DNA of 64,000 nt from a virus: IMG/VR virus record IMGVR_UViG_3300037312_000927; one strand, written 5' to 3'. The notes under the pieces were generated by a model. The model was given only the letters and a program-made list of their open reading frames with translations. It did not search any database and had not been told where the DNA came from. The position numbers and the translations under genes were made by a program. Shown one piece after another: positions 46,245 to 55,011 of the stretch (positions within the stretch are counted from its first letter, which is position 1; each line of letters begins with the position of its first letter).

Positions 46245-46879
46245 GTGTCCAAAAAACTGGACACCTGTCCAAAATTCCAGGACATGTCCAATTTCTATAA
46301 TCTCAGTGATTTATAACGTTTTGGAGCGAAGTGTCCAAGGTGTCCAAAAACGCTAAAAAAAACTGGACACCTATTTCATTTATAAATATTGGTGTTATAG
46401 GCCAAATGTCCAGTTTTTCGCCGTTTTTTGAAAAACATACACCCACCTTTATAAAAAATCTCTCAGAATTTTTGGAAAACTGGTATTTGAAACATTCCGT
46501 TACAAGTCAAGAAACTGCGTCATATTATATATATTTATATATATTTATTATTTATATATTATATATTATATATATAGAGAAGTAATAAACACTGGAGAGA
46601 TAGCTGATTCCATAAAAGTAGATTTGCTGAGGGTAGGGTAGGCTGTGAGAATTTCTCCTCGTTCCTCTCTATAAAGGTCGGTGTATGTTTTTCTAAAAAT
46701 CGCAAAAAACTGGACATTTGAGTTGTAAGCCCAATGTCTACAGTTGAAAGAGGTGTCCAGTTTTATTTTGACCATTTTGGACAATTGGACAGTAGTGTTT
46801 ATACAATCAATATTTGTTGGTATTTTAAGATAAGACACTTTTAAATAAAAATGGACACTTGTCCAAGAAACTGGACACC
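46245..46879. repeat. palindromic iteron-rich element, copy 2 (inverted relative to copy 1)
   Basis: 46505-46580 is the exact reverse complement of 9878-9953; same GGACAC iterons and arms. Confidence 0.85.
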
Positions 46880-46959
46880 TTTCATTAATCCTCCCATTTT
46901 TGGTAAAAGATATATGTAGAGCATTATTTTTTTATCAACCTATTTAGAAAGGTAGAAAT

Positions 46960-48213
46960 ATGATCAATCAAAGCGCTGCTCTTGCACACTTCACCGCTAG
47001 TACCGGATTTGTAACTGCCAATATCGGGCGCCAACGGTACATCGAGTCTGCTGAAAACATCCGTGCAAACCTGTCCCGTCGGTCCGGAATCCATACTAAA
47101 TATACTCAAACCGTTATGCCAATTCCAGATGGCAACATGAAACCATCTATCGATATTCTGGTTAAACGTGAAGCTTGGCCTACCGAGTGGATGAACCAAA
47201 TAGGACGTAAAGGTCTAATGACTGAACAATATTCAAAACTCCCCGATGCTGATGTGTACTCTTTCAGATGGATGGACCATGTGGTGAATATGCATCTCGT
47301 TGACGAACTTGAAGCTGCAGGGTTTTACTATAGATATCATGGTATCAGCGAAATTATCAATGAGATTATCAAACCCTTGGATTTCTCTTTTGGTGAGGGA
47401 GGTCTTTCTTTGAATATCGAAGGCTTTGGCCCCAAGCTCTTGAGTTCCAATCCGTCGGTTATCGGGGCAATGATAGGGCTGGACCTCAGCTCGTATTATC
47501 ACGGAGTTAATAATAAGAGGGATATCTGGATTATCCTTGCCCGCATGTCCGTGTACAATAAGAGTACGTTTGCAGCGATTGCGGCAGCTTCTCCTATCTC
47601 TGCTACAGAAAGGCCTCTCCTAGCAGAGTTCGCAGCATATTCAGCGGCATCATCTGATATGATTATGTTCGACCCCAATAAGTACAATGGCCATAATTGG
47701 GCTAATAACTTCCGTAGCCAGTTCCCAGAAATTGTCGGGAAGATTGTTTCGATCAAGGAATCTACCGATTTCAAGAATCTTGTGAAAACGAAGTTTAACG
47801 AAACGATTGTATCCGAAATCACAGGCCTTTCAGGTGAGAACCTTAATCAACTCATGAAGACCTACGTAGATAGCTTCAAGAGTGAAAATGAGTTTAATAC
47901 CTATGTTTTGTCCAGTCTCCCGGACACGGTCAAGACTTCTCTCCTCGATCTTAAGACAAAGCTTTACCCGGACGGGATCCCCACCCCAGCATCAGAACAG
48001 GTAGAACAGGATCCTGTGAAGGAAGAGAAAGCTAAAAGAGTTCGTAAGACTAAGAAGGCCGCAGGAGAAAAGGTGAAGAAGGTTGTAGAAGAGCGGCCTA
48101 AGAAAACCCTTCCGAAGAAAAAGGCTGCTCAAGCCGTAGAAGAAGCGATGGATATTTTGACCCCCATCCCCGCTTCTGACTGGCCTTATCCAGGTCATGC
48201 ACGTCCAGCTTAA
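46960..48213 (+). CDS. possible Pol-beta-superfamily nucleotidyltransferase-like protein with charged tail
   Basis: KPSIDILV (degenerate GDxD), FSFGEGGL, IGLDL..Y, FNETIVSEITGLSGENL resemble a phage NTase-like family. Confidence 0.45.
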   Translation: MINQSAALAHFTASTGFVTANIGRQRYIESAENIRANLSRRSGIHTKYTQTVMPIPDGNMKPSIDILVKREAWPTEWMNQIGRKGLMTEQYSKLPDADVYSFRWMDHVVNMHLVDELEAAGFYYRYHGISEIINEIIKPLDFSFGEGGLSLNIEGFGPKLLSSNPSVIGAMIGLDLSSYYHGVNNKRDIWIILARMSVYNKSTFAAIAAASPISATERPLLAEFAAYSAASSDMIMFDPNKYNGHNWANNFRSQFPEIVGKIVSIKESTDFKNLVKTKFNETIVSEITGLSGENLNQLMKTYVDSFKSENEFNTYVLSSLPDTVKTSLLDLKTKLYPDGIPTPASEQVEQDPVKEEKAKRVRKTKKAAGEKVKKVVEERPKKTLPKKKAAQAVEEAMDILTPIPASDWPYPGHARPA

Positions 48214-48233
48214 TCTCCGTTCGTAAGAACGTT

Positions 48234-48262
48234 AAAAACAGGGCTTAACCCCTGTTTTTTAG
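48234..48262 (+). terminator. intrinsic terminator
   Basis: AAAAACAGGG/CCCTGTTTTT + TAG. Confidence 0.8.
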
Positions 48263-48272
48263 CTTAATGTGG

Positions 48273-48279
48273 TAAAATA
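48273..48279 (+). promoter_or_regulatory. late-type promoter motif TAAAATA, 5 nt before ATG
   Basis: Same motif occurs on minus strand before virion genes (8775, 18347, 21118, 24144, 25588, 30980, 39423, 42746, 45421, 62471). Confidence 0.6.
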
Positions 48280-48284
48280 TATTC

Positions 48285-49544
48285 ATGCCAACACTATCAC
48301 ATAACCAAGAAGTACTACTAACTCGTCAAAGACACGAGGCCGAAAGAATGGGCCTACACTTCGATTATCGAATCGTTGTAGGTGACAAAGCTTTTTCATG
48401 GGCAACTAAAAAGGATATGCCGGGCGTTGGCTCGTCTATCATTCTATGGGAACAGCCTGTGCATGATAGTGCATACGCATTGAGTAAAAAAGTCATCATT
48501 CCTACTGGTCAATACGGCGCCGGAGTTACTACTTTGGATTGGGTTAGAAAAGGCACGGTTAACAATCCTGGAGAGGACCCGGAGAAATTCACATTAACCA
48601 CTAAACGTGGAGAACGATATCTCTTCAAGAAGCTTCCTACCAAGTACGGCGAAAAAGCGTGGTTGTTTAAAAATCTAGGATCCATTCAAAACGAATTTCT
48701 AGATAAAACCGCCAGCCTTATAGGAGGAGCTTTAGGTACTCACATAGCTCAAAACATTGCTACCAAAGCTGCTCTGGGGCATAAGGGGATTAGTAGATAT
48801 CTTGCTAACTCGTTCTCGGAAGGCGTCCATGGGGTAGTAAATACCAGTCTAGGTTCTAGGGCTAAAAAATTCCTATCAGGAGCAATTTTACCGGACATTG
48901 CAGTAGCCCACAGGAAAGCCCATGATTTTGGACGTGCTATGAACCCAGTTATATCGATGGCAGACAAGCGGCAAAAGGTTGGGTTACGTATGCTAAGTGA
49001 AGGTAGGATTGAGGACCTTAAAAAGCACAAACTACACCTAGATCCCATCATTCAAAAAGCCCACGGAATAGCTAAGGAACATATGGAAGACTTACCGGCC
49101 CTAGACTCGGTCTTGGATAAAGGTAAATCCATTCAAAAGATATTCAACGATAAAGCTCATCCTCTAGCATCCAATATTTTGAAGAATATTAGTAGGGGTA
49201 ATAAACCGGTAGGTCCTCAGTTTAGACTGGCAGCCCCACGATCTACTCTACCTGTAGTTGGATCATTATCAAGTACCCTAATAGATCCCTCGGGTGGTGT
49301 CATTAACTCTGCCAAGACTTTGATGTCTAGTAAGACTTTTAGTAGCACTAGACTTGGTAAAAAGATAAATGATTCCCTGGAAAAACATCTTGTAGTTAAG
49401 CCTATTAAATCAGGCTTATCAGGAGGAGCGCCTGTTACTAAAAAAGATAAGCTTAAACACACCGCAGCTGAAGTCTTGGTGAATCCGGTGTCTGCAAACC
49501 TAAAAAGAACATCGGCTGCTATCACCGATGCTCTTAAGACCTAA
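48285..49544 (+). CDS. LigD-type 3'-phosphoesterase domain fused to virion-type domain
   Basis: QRHEAERMGLHFDYRI...SWA..K, HDSAY, IPTGQYGAG match LigD PE; then NEFLDKTA motif and basic region. Confidence 0.75.
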   Translation: MPTLSHNQEVLLTRQRHEAERMGLHFDYRIVVGDKAFSWATKKDMPGVGSSIILWEQPVHDSAYALSKKVIIPTGQYGAGVTTLDWVRKGTVNNPGEDPEKFTLTTKRGERYLFKKLPTKYGEKAWLFKNLGSIQNEFLDKTASLIGGALGTHIAQNIATKAALGHKGISRYLANSFSEGVHGVVNTSLGSRAKKFLSGAILPDIAVAHRKAHDFGRAMNPVISMADKRQKVGLRMLSEGRIEDLKKHKLHLDPIIQKAHGIAKEHMEDLPALDSVLDKGKSIQKIFNDKAHPLASNILKNISRGNKPVGPQFRLAAPRSTLPVVGSLSSTLIDPSGGVINSAKTLMSSKTFSSTRLGKKINDSLEKHLVVKPIKSGLSGGAPVTKKDKLKHTAAEVLVNPVSANLKRTSAAITDALKT

Positions 49545-49684
49545 TTCTTTTTATCCCCGAATCTTACGGTAGTGACTTTAATTGCTAGCGCCGCCACTAA
49601 TGTACAGAACACTATCGGATGCTCTTCGAAGTACACGAATATAGGATTTGTGTAATAACTCAGATAGAATAGTGCAGTATCCAT
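49541..49684 (-). CDS. 47-aa putative membrane protein (not in ORF track)
   Basis: MDTALFYLSYYTNPIFVYFEEHPIVFCTLVAALAIKVTTVRFGDKKN*; AAGGAG RBS; minus-strand early motif at 49713-49723. Confidence 0.65.
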   Translation of the reverse strand: MDTALFYLSYYTNPIFVYFEEHPIVFCTLVAALAIKVTTVRFGDKKN

Positions 49685-49712
49685 TATAAACTCCTTTATA
49701 TATGGTGTATAT

Positions 49713-49723
49713 CTTATACCAAA
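49713..49723 (-). promoter_or_regulatory. early-type promoter motif (only minus-strand copy seen)
   Basis: Reverse complement TTTGGTATAAG. Confidence 0.65.
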
Positions 49724-49748
49724 ATTGGGGTATCTAACTTAGAATAAT

Positions 49749-50192
49749 ATGAATAAATATTTAGAAAAAATTGCAAATTGGCATGAAGTAGAACCTGGGC
49801 TACACTATGACTACTCTAGTGGACGTTACCATATATCTCAAGATAAAGAAAACTCCATTAACTCTACTCTAGATAAACGACACGTTACTGCAGGGGCAAA
49901 AGTTTTTGGAGGACTGGGCGCTGTAGGGTTAGGTGGACTAGGGTTAGCAGTAGGGGAACGATCTATATTCGGTGCTCCTAGAAACCTATCTCATAGGTTA
50001 TCACGTGGACTACGAGGAGCAATTATAGGTGGTGGATTGGGAGCTGCGACTGGAGCCTTATTAGCCCAAGGCGGTAATAACCAGGTCCATGCAAGTGGTA
50101 GAACTTTAGAACGCAGGTTACATAGTGAAATTGCCTCAAGAGCAGGAGATTATAGAAGAACTACGGCATATCAAATGCTTAATGGTGATTAA
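49749..50192 (+). CDS. NKYLEKIA-family protein with glycine zippers
   Basis: MNKYLEKIA; GGLGAVGLGGLG, GAIIGGGLGAATG. Confidence 0.7.
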   Translation: MNKYLEKIANWHEVEPGLHYDYSSGRYHISQDKENSINSTLDKRHVTAGAKVFGGLGAVGLGGLGLAVGERSIFGAPRNLSHRLSRGLRGAIIGGGLGAATGALLAQGGNNQVHASGRTLERRLHSEIASRAGDYRRTTAYQMLNGD

Positions 50193-51112
50193 TGTACGAA
50201 CGCGCCAAATATAAAGACACTGGTAAATTAGACTATCGTGATATACCCGACCCCGTTGCAACGTTAAAACGTGATGGCGCTCACTTCTTTCTCCAAATCG
50301 ATAACGAGGGTAACCAAAAGTACTACTCTCGTAGGCCTTCGGTAAAGGGAGGTCATCCGGAAAGGTCCGCACAAATCCCTCATTTATCCGAAAAGAAATT
50401 ACCTCAATTTGCAGGCCAGGTATTCAGCGTTGAGCTCATCCACACCGGTCATCTTAAAGAAACACCAGAGTCTCACACGGCTACTAGTGGTATATTGAAT
50501 TCATTACCTCTCAGGGCTATTCAAACCCAAAAAGACACTGGGCCAATTCGGGCTGCCCTTATCGATGTTATTGAACCTAAATTACCAACGTATAAAGATA
50601 AGCTAGTCCATATGAAAACGTTGGAAAAGCACTTTGGTAACCCTGATTTAATGTTTGTTGATGATCCTGCTATCGGAGTAAAGAACATCGAGAAGCTCAT
50701 CGATTTTACCAAGAGGCAGCAAAGGGAGGGCGTTATTGTAGCGAGCCTAACTCGACCAGAATATGATAATCCAAGATCGAAAATTAAACACTTTTATACT
50801 TTCAACCTGAGAGTTAACAGGGTCGTTCAAGAATTCGATAAGAATGGTAAACCAAAAGACTCGATGGGGGCCTTGGAACTTACGGATTCAACTGGCAGAG
50901 TTGTAGGTATGGTTGGTACAGGATTTTCAAGACCATTACGTCAGGAGATTTGGAAAAATCCAAGGGAATGGATAGGTCGTCTTATCCAGGTTAAAACGAT
51001 GGGATTAAGTATCGAAGGAGGTAGACTCCGAGCCCCTGTATTCAACGGTGACGCTGATGGGGACATTGACAAAGTCGAATACGGGGTATACGATAAACTC
51101 CATATTAAATAA
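50192..51112 (+). CDS. minimal ATP-dependent DNA ligase
   Basis: LKRDG (KxDG), VEL, EGVIV, KIK, OB-fold GMVGTGFS, LRAPVF. Confidence 0.85.
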   Translation: MYERAKYKDTGKLDYRDIPDPVATLKRDGAHFFLQIDNEGNQKYYSRRPSVKGGHPERSAQIPHLSEKKLPQFAGQVFSVELIHTGHLKETPESHTATSGILNSLPLRAIQTQKDTGPIRAALIDVIEPKLPTYKDKLVHMKTLEKHFGNPDLMFVDDPAIGVKNIEKLIDFTKRQQREGVIVASLTRPEYDNPRSKIKHFYTFNLRVNRVVQEFDKNGKPKDSMGALELTDSTGRVVGMVGTGFSRPLRQEIWKNPREWIGRLIQVKTMGLSIEGGRLRAPVFNGDADGDIDKVEYGVYDKLHIK

Positions 51113-51114
51113 AG

Positions 51115-51143
51115 AAAAAGCCCGGAATTAACCGGGCTTTTTT
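51115..51143. terminator. bidirectional terminator
   Basis: AAAAAGCCCGG AATTAA CCGGGCTTTTTT. Confidence 0.85.
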
Positions 51144-53049
51144 ATAGCTTCCTAAACATATTTCTAAAATAATGTTTTAGTTTTTCAGGACCTGAACCAT
51201 TAATATTTAACAATAAAGACTTGCCAGTTAAGTATAATCCCCCGGTACCTAGTTCTAGTTCCCTGAATAACATATTAGTTACCGTTTTCAAATCAACAAT
51301 GAAATTGGCTGATGTCACTCCTAACTGCCTCCCTAATTTACCCTGAGATTCACCAGAACCTATTACATACTCAGTAGAGCCTAGACTCATTTTTCTAGAA
51401 TTTGTAGTTGATATAGGATTCCCATTTAGGTAGTACTCACCGGGTACTACATTAAACTCTGTAGAAAACTTAGAGATAACCCCGCTATACGATAAATTGT
51501 ATTCTCCCGCATAGATATATAAATCCCTTACAACAGGCCCTCCGGAGCCAGGATTTTGATTGTATTCTAGTATACTTGAGTAAGGATTTACGGAGAACGA
51601 ACCCTTTGATATCTGCAGAAGTCTATTTAAAGACTGGGTTAAGCCGCTACCCGATAGTACTACAGAACCCGTGCCAGTTTTTAACGCTGAAGCTAGATTT
51701 AATTTAGTGTTATTAGAAACTAACGTAAATCCTGCATATTGGGCGTTGAAGGAATATCCTCTGAAAAACCCTACCGAGTTAGTACCGGTAGTAAAAGTAC
51801 CACTAGATAGATTCTTAAGTAGAGATCTTGTAAAACCCGTAGCACTACCTGTTATGGAGAAAGATCTAGAGCTAGTTACTAAAGTCTTCCCTGCAAAAAA
51901 ACCTACTGACGAGGGGTTTATACCAAATGCCGACGAACTGACAGTCAGATTTCTATTTAAATATAGATTAGAATTTAAGTACTGAGCAACAACTGTTCCA
52001 ACTATGCCTACAAGTTTTCTATTAAAGAAGACACTTGCATTTATACTACTTAAATTTAAACTCCCCGTATTACCATATATATTTCTACTTACATTCAGAT
52101 TAGGATTGATAGCTAGTAAATTATAACTTCCCGTATTTAAACTTAGAAGTTTATTCAAATTTAATGCTACGGGTTCTCCAATTAAAGACATGGAGTAACT
52201 AGTCAACCCTAGTCTAGGACCATATGATAATTTGGCCTGAATTTGGGATAAGCTAAATCCGTATTGAGTTGCGTTTAGAGTATATGAAGAACTAGATACT
52301 GGTAAAAATAGCCTTAGGTTTTTAGATAATGAGGTATCCCTGAATAATTGCCAGGGATTATCAGCTAGAGACTTCATCTCAGCGTCTGTGAGGGATCTAC
52401 TCCAGCCTATTACCAGGCTTAGATTTCCTGTAGTCCAAGCTTGAGCTTGAGTTGAAGTTCCATTAGTTTTTCTACAACCTATCCAGAAAGTTCCGCTAGG
52501 GCCACGGGGTGCCCCAGCAGTCGTGGATGCAGCAGTCTTAGAACCATTTTGGAAAATTGCTGTACTAGACGGAGAACATACCGCACCCATGGTAAAACCC
52601 CGTGCAACGTCCGTAGAGGACATAGCTGTTGGGGAAATAACCTGTCCAGTTGTCGTAGAATCATTAAAAAATGGGATAAACTCAACTTTTCCTGAGTTTA
52701 TACGAAACTGGAATCTTCTATTTCCGGTCGCACTATCATCATCATCAATAGAACTCTGTATACCAGAGGTAGTGCCGGTCCCATAGGCGAATAAACTATA
52801 AGTATTCGTAGTAATGGAGGTACTGCCGGTATCTATTATACGAGTCAGAGATGAACTGGCCTTTGTACCCAGTCCGATAGGAGTTGAATTTGACGTACCC
52901 GCTACGAAAGGGGTTTGCACAGGTTTTGTAGAAATAAAACCTGCTGCCCCACTACCACCTAAAACATAGATAAAAGCTATACCAGCCGTAATAGGATTTG
53001 TTAAGTCTAGCTGAAGTCTTCCCTGAGGCTGGTACCGCATCATTGCCAT
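51142..53049 (-). CDS. tail fibre-associated protein with N-terminal LamG/ConA-like domain
   Basis: RRFQFRINSG, TAIFQNG, FWIG, LVIGWSRSLTDAEM..L..NPWQ; repetitive beta C-terminus. Confidence 0.65.
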   Translation of the reverse strand: MAMMRYQPQGRLQLDLTNPITAGIAFIYVLGGSGAAGFISTKPVQTPFVAGTSNSTPIGLGTKASSSLTRIIDTGSTSITTNTYSLFAYGTGTTSGIQSSIDDDDSATGNRRFQFRINSGKVEFIPFFNDSTTTGQVISPTAMSSTDVARGFTMGAVCSPSSTAIFQNGSKTAASTTAGAPRGPSGTFWIGCRKTNGTSTQAQAWTTGNLSLVIGWSRSLTDAEMKSLADNPWQLFRDTSLSKNLRLFLPVSSSSYTLNATQYGFSLSQIQAKLSYGPRLGLTSYSMSLIGEPVALNLNKLLSLNTGSYNLLAINPNLNVSRNIYGNTGSLNLSSINASVFFNRKLVGIVGTVVAQYLNSNLYLNRNLTVSSSAFGINPSSVGFFAGKTLVTSSRSFSITGSATGFTRSLLKNLSSGTFTTGTNSVGFFRGYSFNAQYAGFTLVSNNTKLNLASALKTGTGSVVLSGSGLTQSLNRLLQISKGSFSVNPYSSILEYNQNPGSGGPVVRDLYIYAGEYNLSYSGVISKFSTEFNVVPGEYYLNGNPISTTNSRKMSLGSTEYVIGSGESQGKLGRQLGVTSANFIVDLKTVTNMLFRELELGTGGLYLTGKSLLLNINGSGPEKLKHYFRNMFRKL

Positions 53050-53050
53050 A

Positions 53051-53422
53051 TTAAACTCCCGTTATAGCTTGTAGGTATGCCTCTACCGTAACTGGTTGAA
53101 CCGTATTTGCGTATGCTATGATTCTTACATACATAACTCCTACATCCAGCTGGATAGTAGAGCTATAGATACTGGAATTGACAGTATCTCCACTAGCGGT
53201 GTAGTAATCATACCAATTAGTACCATCCATAGATGTTTGAAAAGTAATGGAAATAGCTACCGTAGGGGCCGTTGCTCCATTAGTAATTTTATATACTAAA
53301 TCTCCACCGTAGTAGGATCTGCAATCTATAGAGGTCCCCGAGAGGGGAGCACTTTTAGTATAAGTACCGGCAGAGACTGAAGTGGAGGCTAGTAAAGTAA
53401 CTGAAGTTTTAGTTATTGCCAT
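53051..53422 (-). CDS. tail-cluster jelly-roll-like protein
   Basis: FQTSMDGTNWY...VMYVRI. Confidence 0.55.
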   Translation of the reverse strand: MAITKTSVTLLASTSVSAGTYTKSAPLSGTSIDCRSYYGGDLVYKITNGATAPTVAISITFQTSMDGTNWYDYYTASGDTVNSSIYSSTIQLDVGVMYVRIIAYANTVQPVTVEAYLQAITGV

Positions 53423-53844
53423 TATTTTTCTGATCCATCATCGTTGAACATAATATTTGATATTTCCTGAGCAGAATATTCGTAGGATTCCATACCTAAA
53501 TCGCATATGGCATCTGCCTGTTCCTGGGTTAATACAGCGGGCACAAATGCTTGAACTGCGGCTTGTGCCTCAGGAGCCCCTATCAGGAATCTACCAGTTT
53601 CAAGTAAAGGGCGAACATATCTGTATACATCATTAGAATTTATAACATCAAGAAATGCACTCCCTACGGTTATCCCTAGTACTTGTAGAATTCTACCATT
53701 ACCAATTTCATAATCCGTAGGGCGTTTAAGCCCCACGGACATGATTTTAGCTATAGTGAACGGATCTTTTGCCGTAATATAAGGTGCGCAATCAGGGTTC
53801 GCCTTTATCGCATTCCTTAGATTAATCTCTTCTTCAGACGTCAT
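53422..53844 (-). CDS. hypothetical tail-cluster protein
   Basis: Coupled in cluster. Confidence 0.6.
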   Translation of the reverse strand: MTSEEEINLRNAIKANPDCAPYITAKDPFTIAKIMSVGLKRPTDYEIGNGRILQVLGITVGSAFLDVINSNDVYRYVRPLLETGRFLIGAPEAQAAVQAFVPAVLTQEQADAICDLGMESYEYSAQEISNIMFNDDGSEK

Positions 53845-53856
53845 AAGATTACCTTA

Positions 53857-54276
53857 TTAAGTTAGTGTCAACACGCCATTAGTTTGATCAAAGTTCACAT
53901 TCAAGGAATCGCCATCATTTAATGTCAATGCCGTTCCATAATCATAAAAACCTATGAGATTACCGGAGGCAGGGGTACTATTAGCAACTACTACATAGCG
54001 GAAAGGTCCCACAGCTCCACCCGTAGCAGTTAGAGTAGTGTTTGCAATTACCAGCTTGTAAACACCTCCTGTTTGCGCCGAAGAAGTTACGGTGAGATTA
54101 CGGGATGAACAGTTTGTATACGTAATCTGGGTAATATCAGAAGTAACCGAACTTCCAGATGCAGTAGGTGCAGTATTAGTCAGTAGTAAAACTAGTTGGT
54201 CATTTTGAAGATTGTGAACTTTTTCAGCAAGAGCTTCAGTAAATGCATTGAATTTTTGAAAAGTAGCGGTAGCCAT
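53857..54276 (-). CDS. tail-cluster protein (FQKFN...LIGFYDYG family)
   Basis: FQKFNAFTEAL, GPFRYVVV, LIGFYDYG, GVLTL typical of phage tail accessory proteins. Confidence 0.65.
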   Translation of the reverse strand: MATATFQKFNAFTEALAEKVHNLQNDQLVLLLTNTAPTASGSSVTSDITQITYTNCSSRNLTVTSSAQTGGVYKLVIANTTLTATGGAVGPFRYVVVANSTPASGNLIGFYDYGTALTLNDGDSLNVNFDQTNGVLTLT

Positions 54277-54320
54277 TATTTAGTCTTTCTTTAAAAAGGT
54301 ATTTCTTATTTATATTACCG

Positions 54321-55007
54321 TTATATCCATCTAAATTTAGGATTACCGGTCATTGCTGTTACATAGAGTCTTTGGCCTCCTGCCAGGTTTTCATCCCAGT
54401 TTGGACCTGTAGTAATGCCAGATATAGTAAAAGTACTAGGAGGTGGTGATTGTGGCTGTGAACTTGAAATGGTGAAAGTCAAACTATCATTTTCACTCAG
54501 ATAAAGTCGCACGCCAGTAGCATTGTCAGGTGGAATTCCTAGAAGAGCCCCGTTAGGTGTAGAAGTAGGCACATCTAACAAATCTCCTATACCTACTACC
54601 GCAGCCACCTTTAATACTTCGTCCCCTAATGTGGGGAATCCGCTAGAATTTGGGCTCAACCCACTACGGATAATAGTAGATAACCCTTTATACATTAATT
54701 TTGTGGTACCAGATGGGAACGTGATATACAATCCGTAAGAGCCTGAACCCCAGTTCGTATTAAGGACGGATAACCACGGGATATGGACATCAACAGTTCC
54801 CAGAATACCTCCCACTACAACGTTACTACTAGTAGACGAATTAAATATAATGGGTGTAGTTAGATATTCAAATTTTATTGTAATGTAAGCCGTAGCATTA
54901 GTAAGGTCTAAAGGTAAGCCCGTAGAGCTATCAGTACATTCGAAAGTTTGATAAAAATCAAGACCTTCTTCAATTTCTAAATTAAGAGTTTGAGTTACAA
55001 AAGCCAT
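54321..55007 (-). CDS. BppU-like baseplate/tail adaptor protein
   Basis: LEIEEGLDF...PLDLTNATA...G.YGLYITFPSG...LMYKG. Confidence 0.55.
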   Translation of the reverse strand: MAFVTQTLNLEIEEGLDFYQTFECTDSSTGLPLDLTNATAYITIKFEYLTTPIIFNSSTSSNVVVGGILGTVDVHIPWLSVLNTNWGSGSYGLYITFPSGTTKLMYKGLSTIIRSGLSPNSSGFPTLGDEVLKVAAVVGIGDLLDVPTSTPNGALLGIPPDNATGVRLYLSENDSLTFTISSSQPQSPPPSTFTISGITTGPNWDENLAGGQRLYVTAMTGNPKFRWI

Positions 55008-55011
55008 CGTA

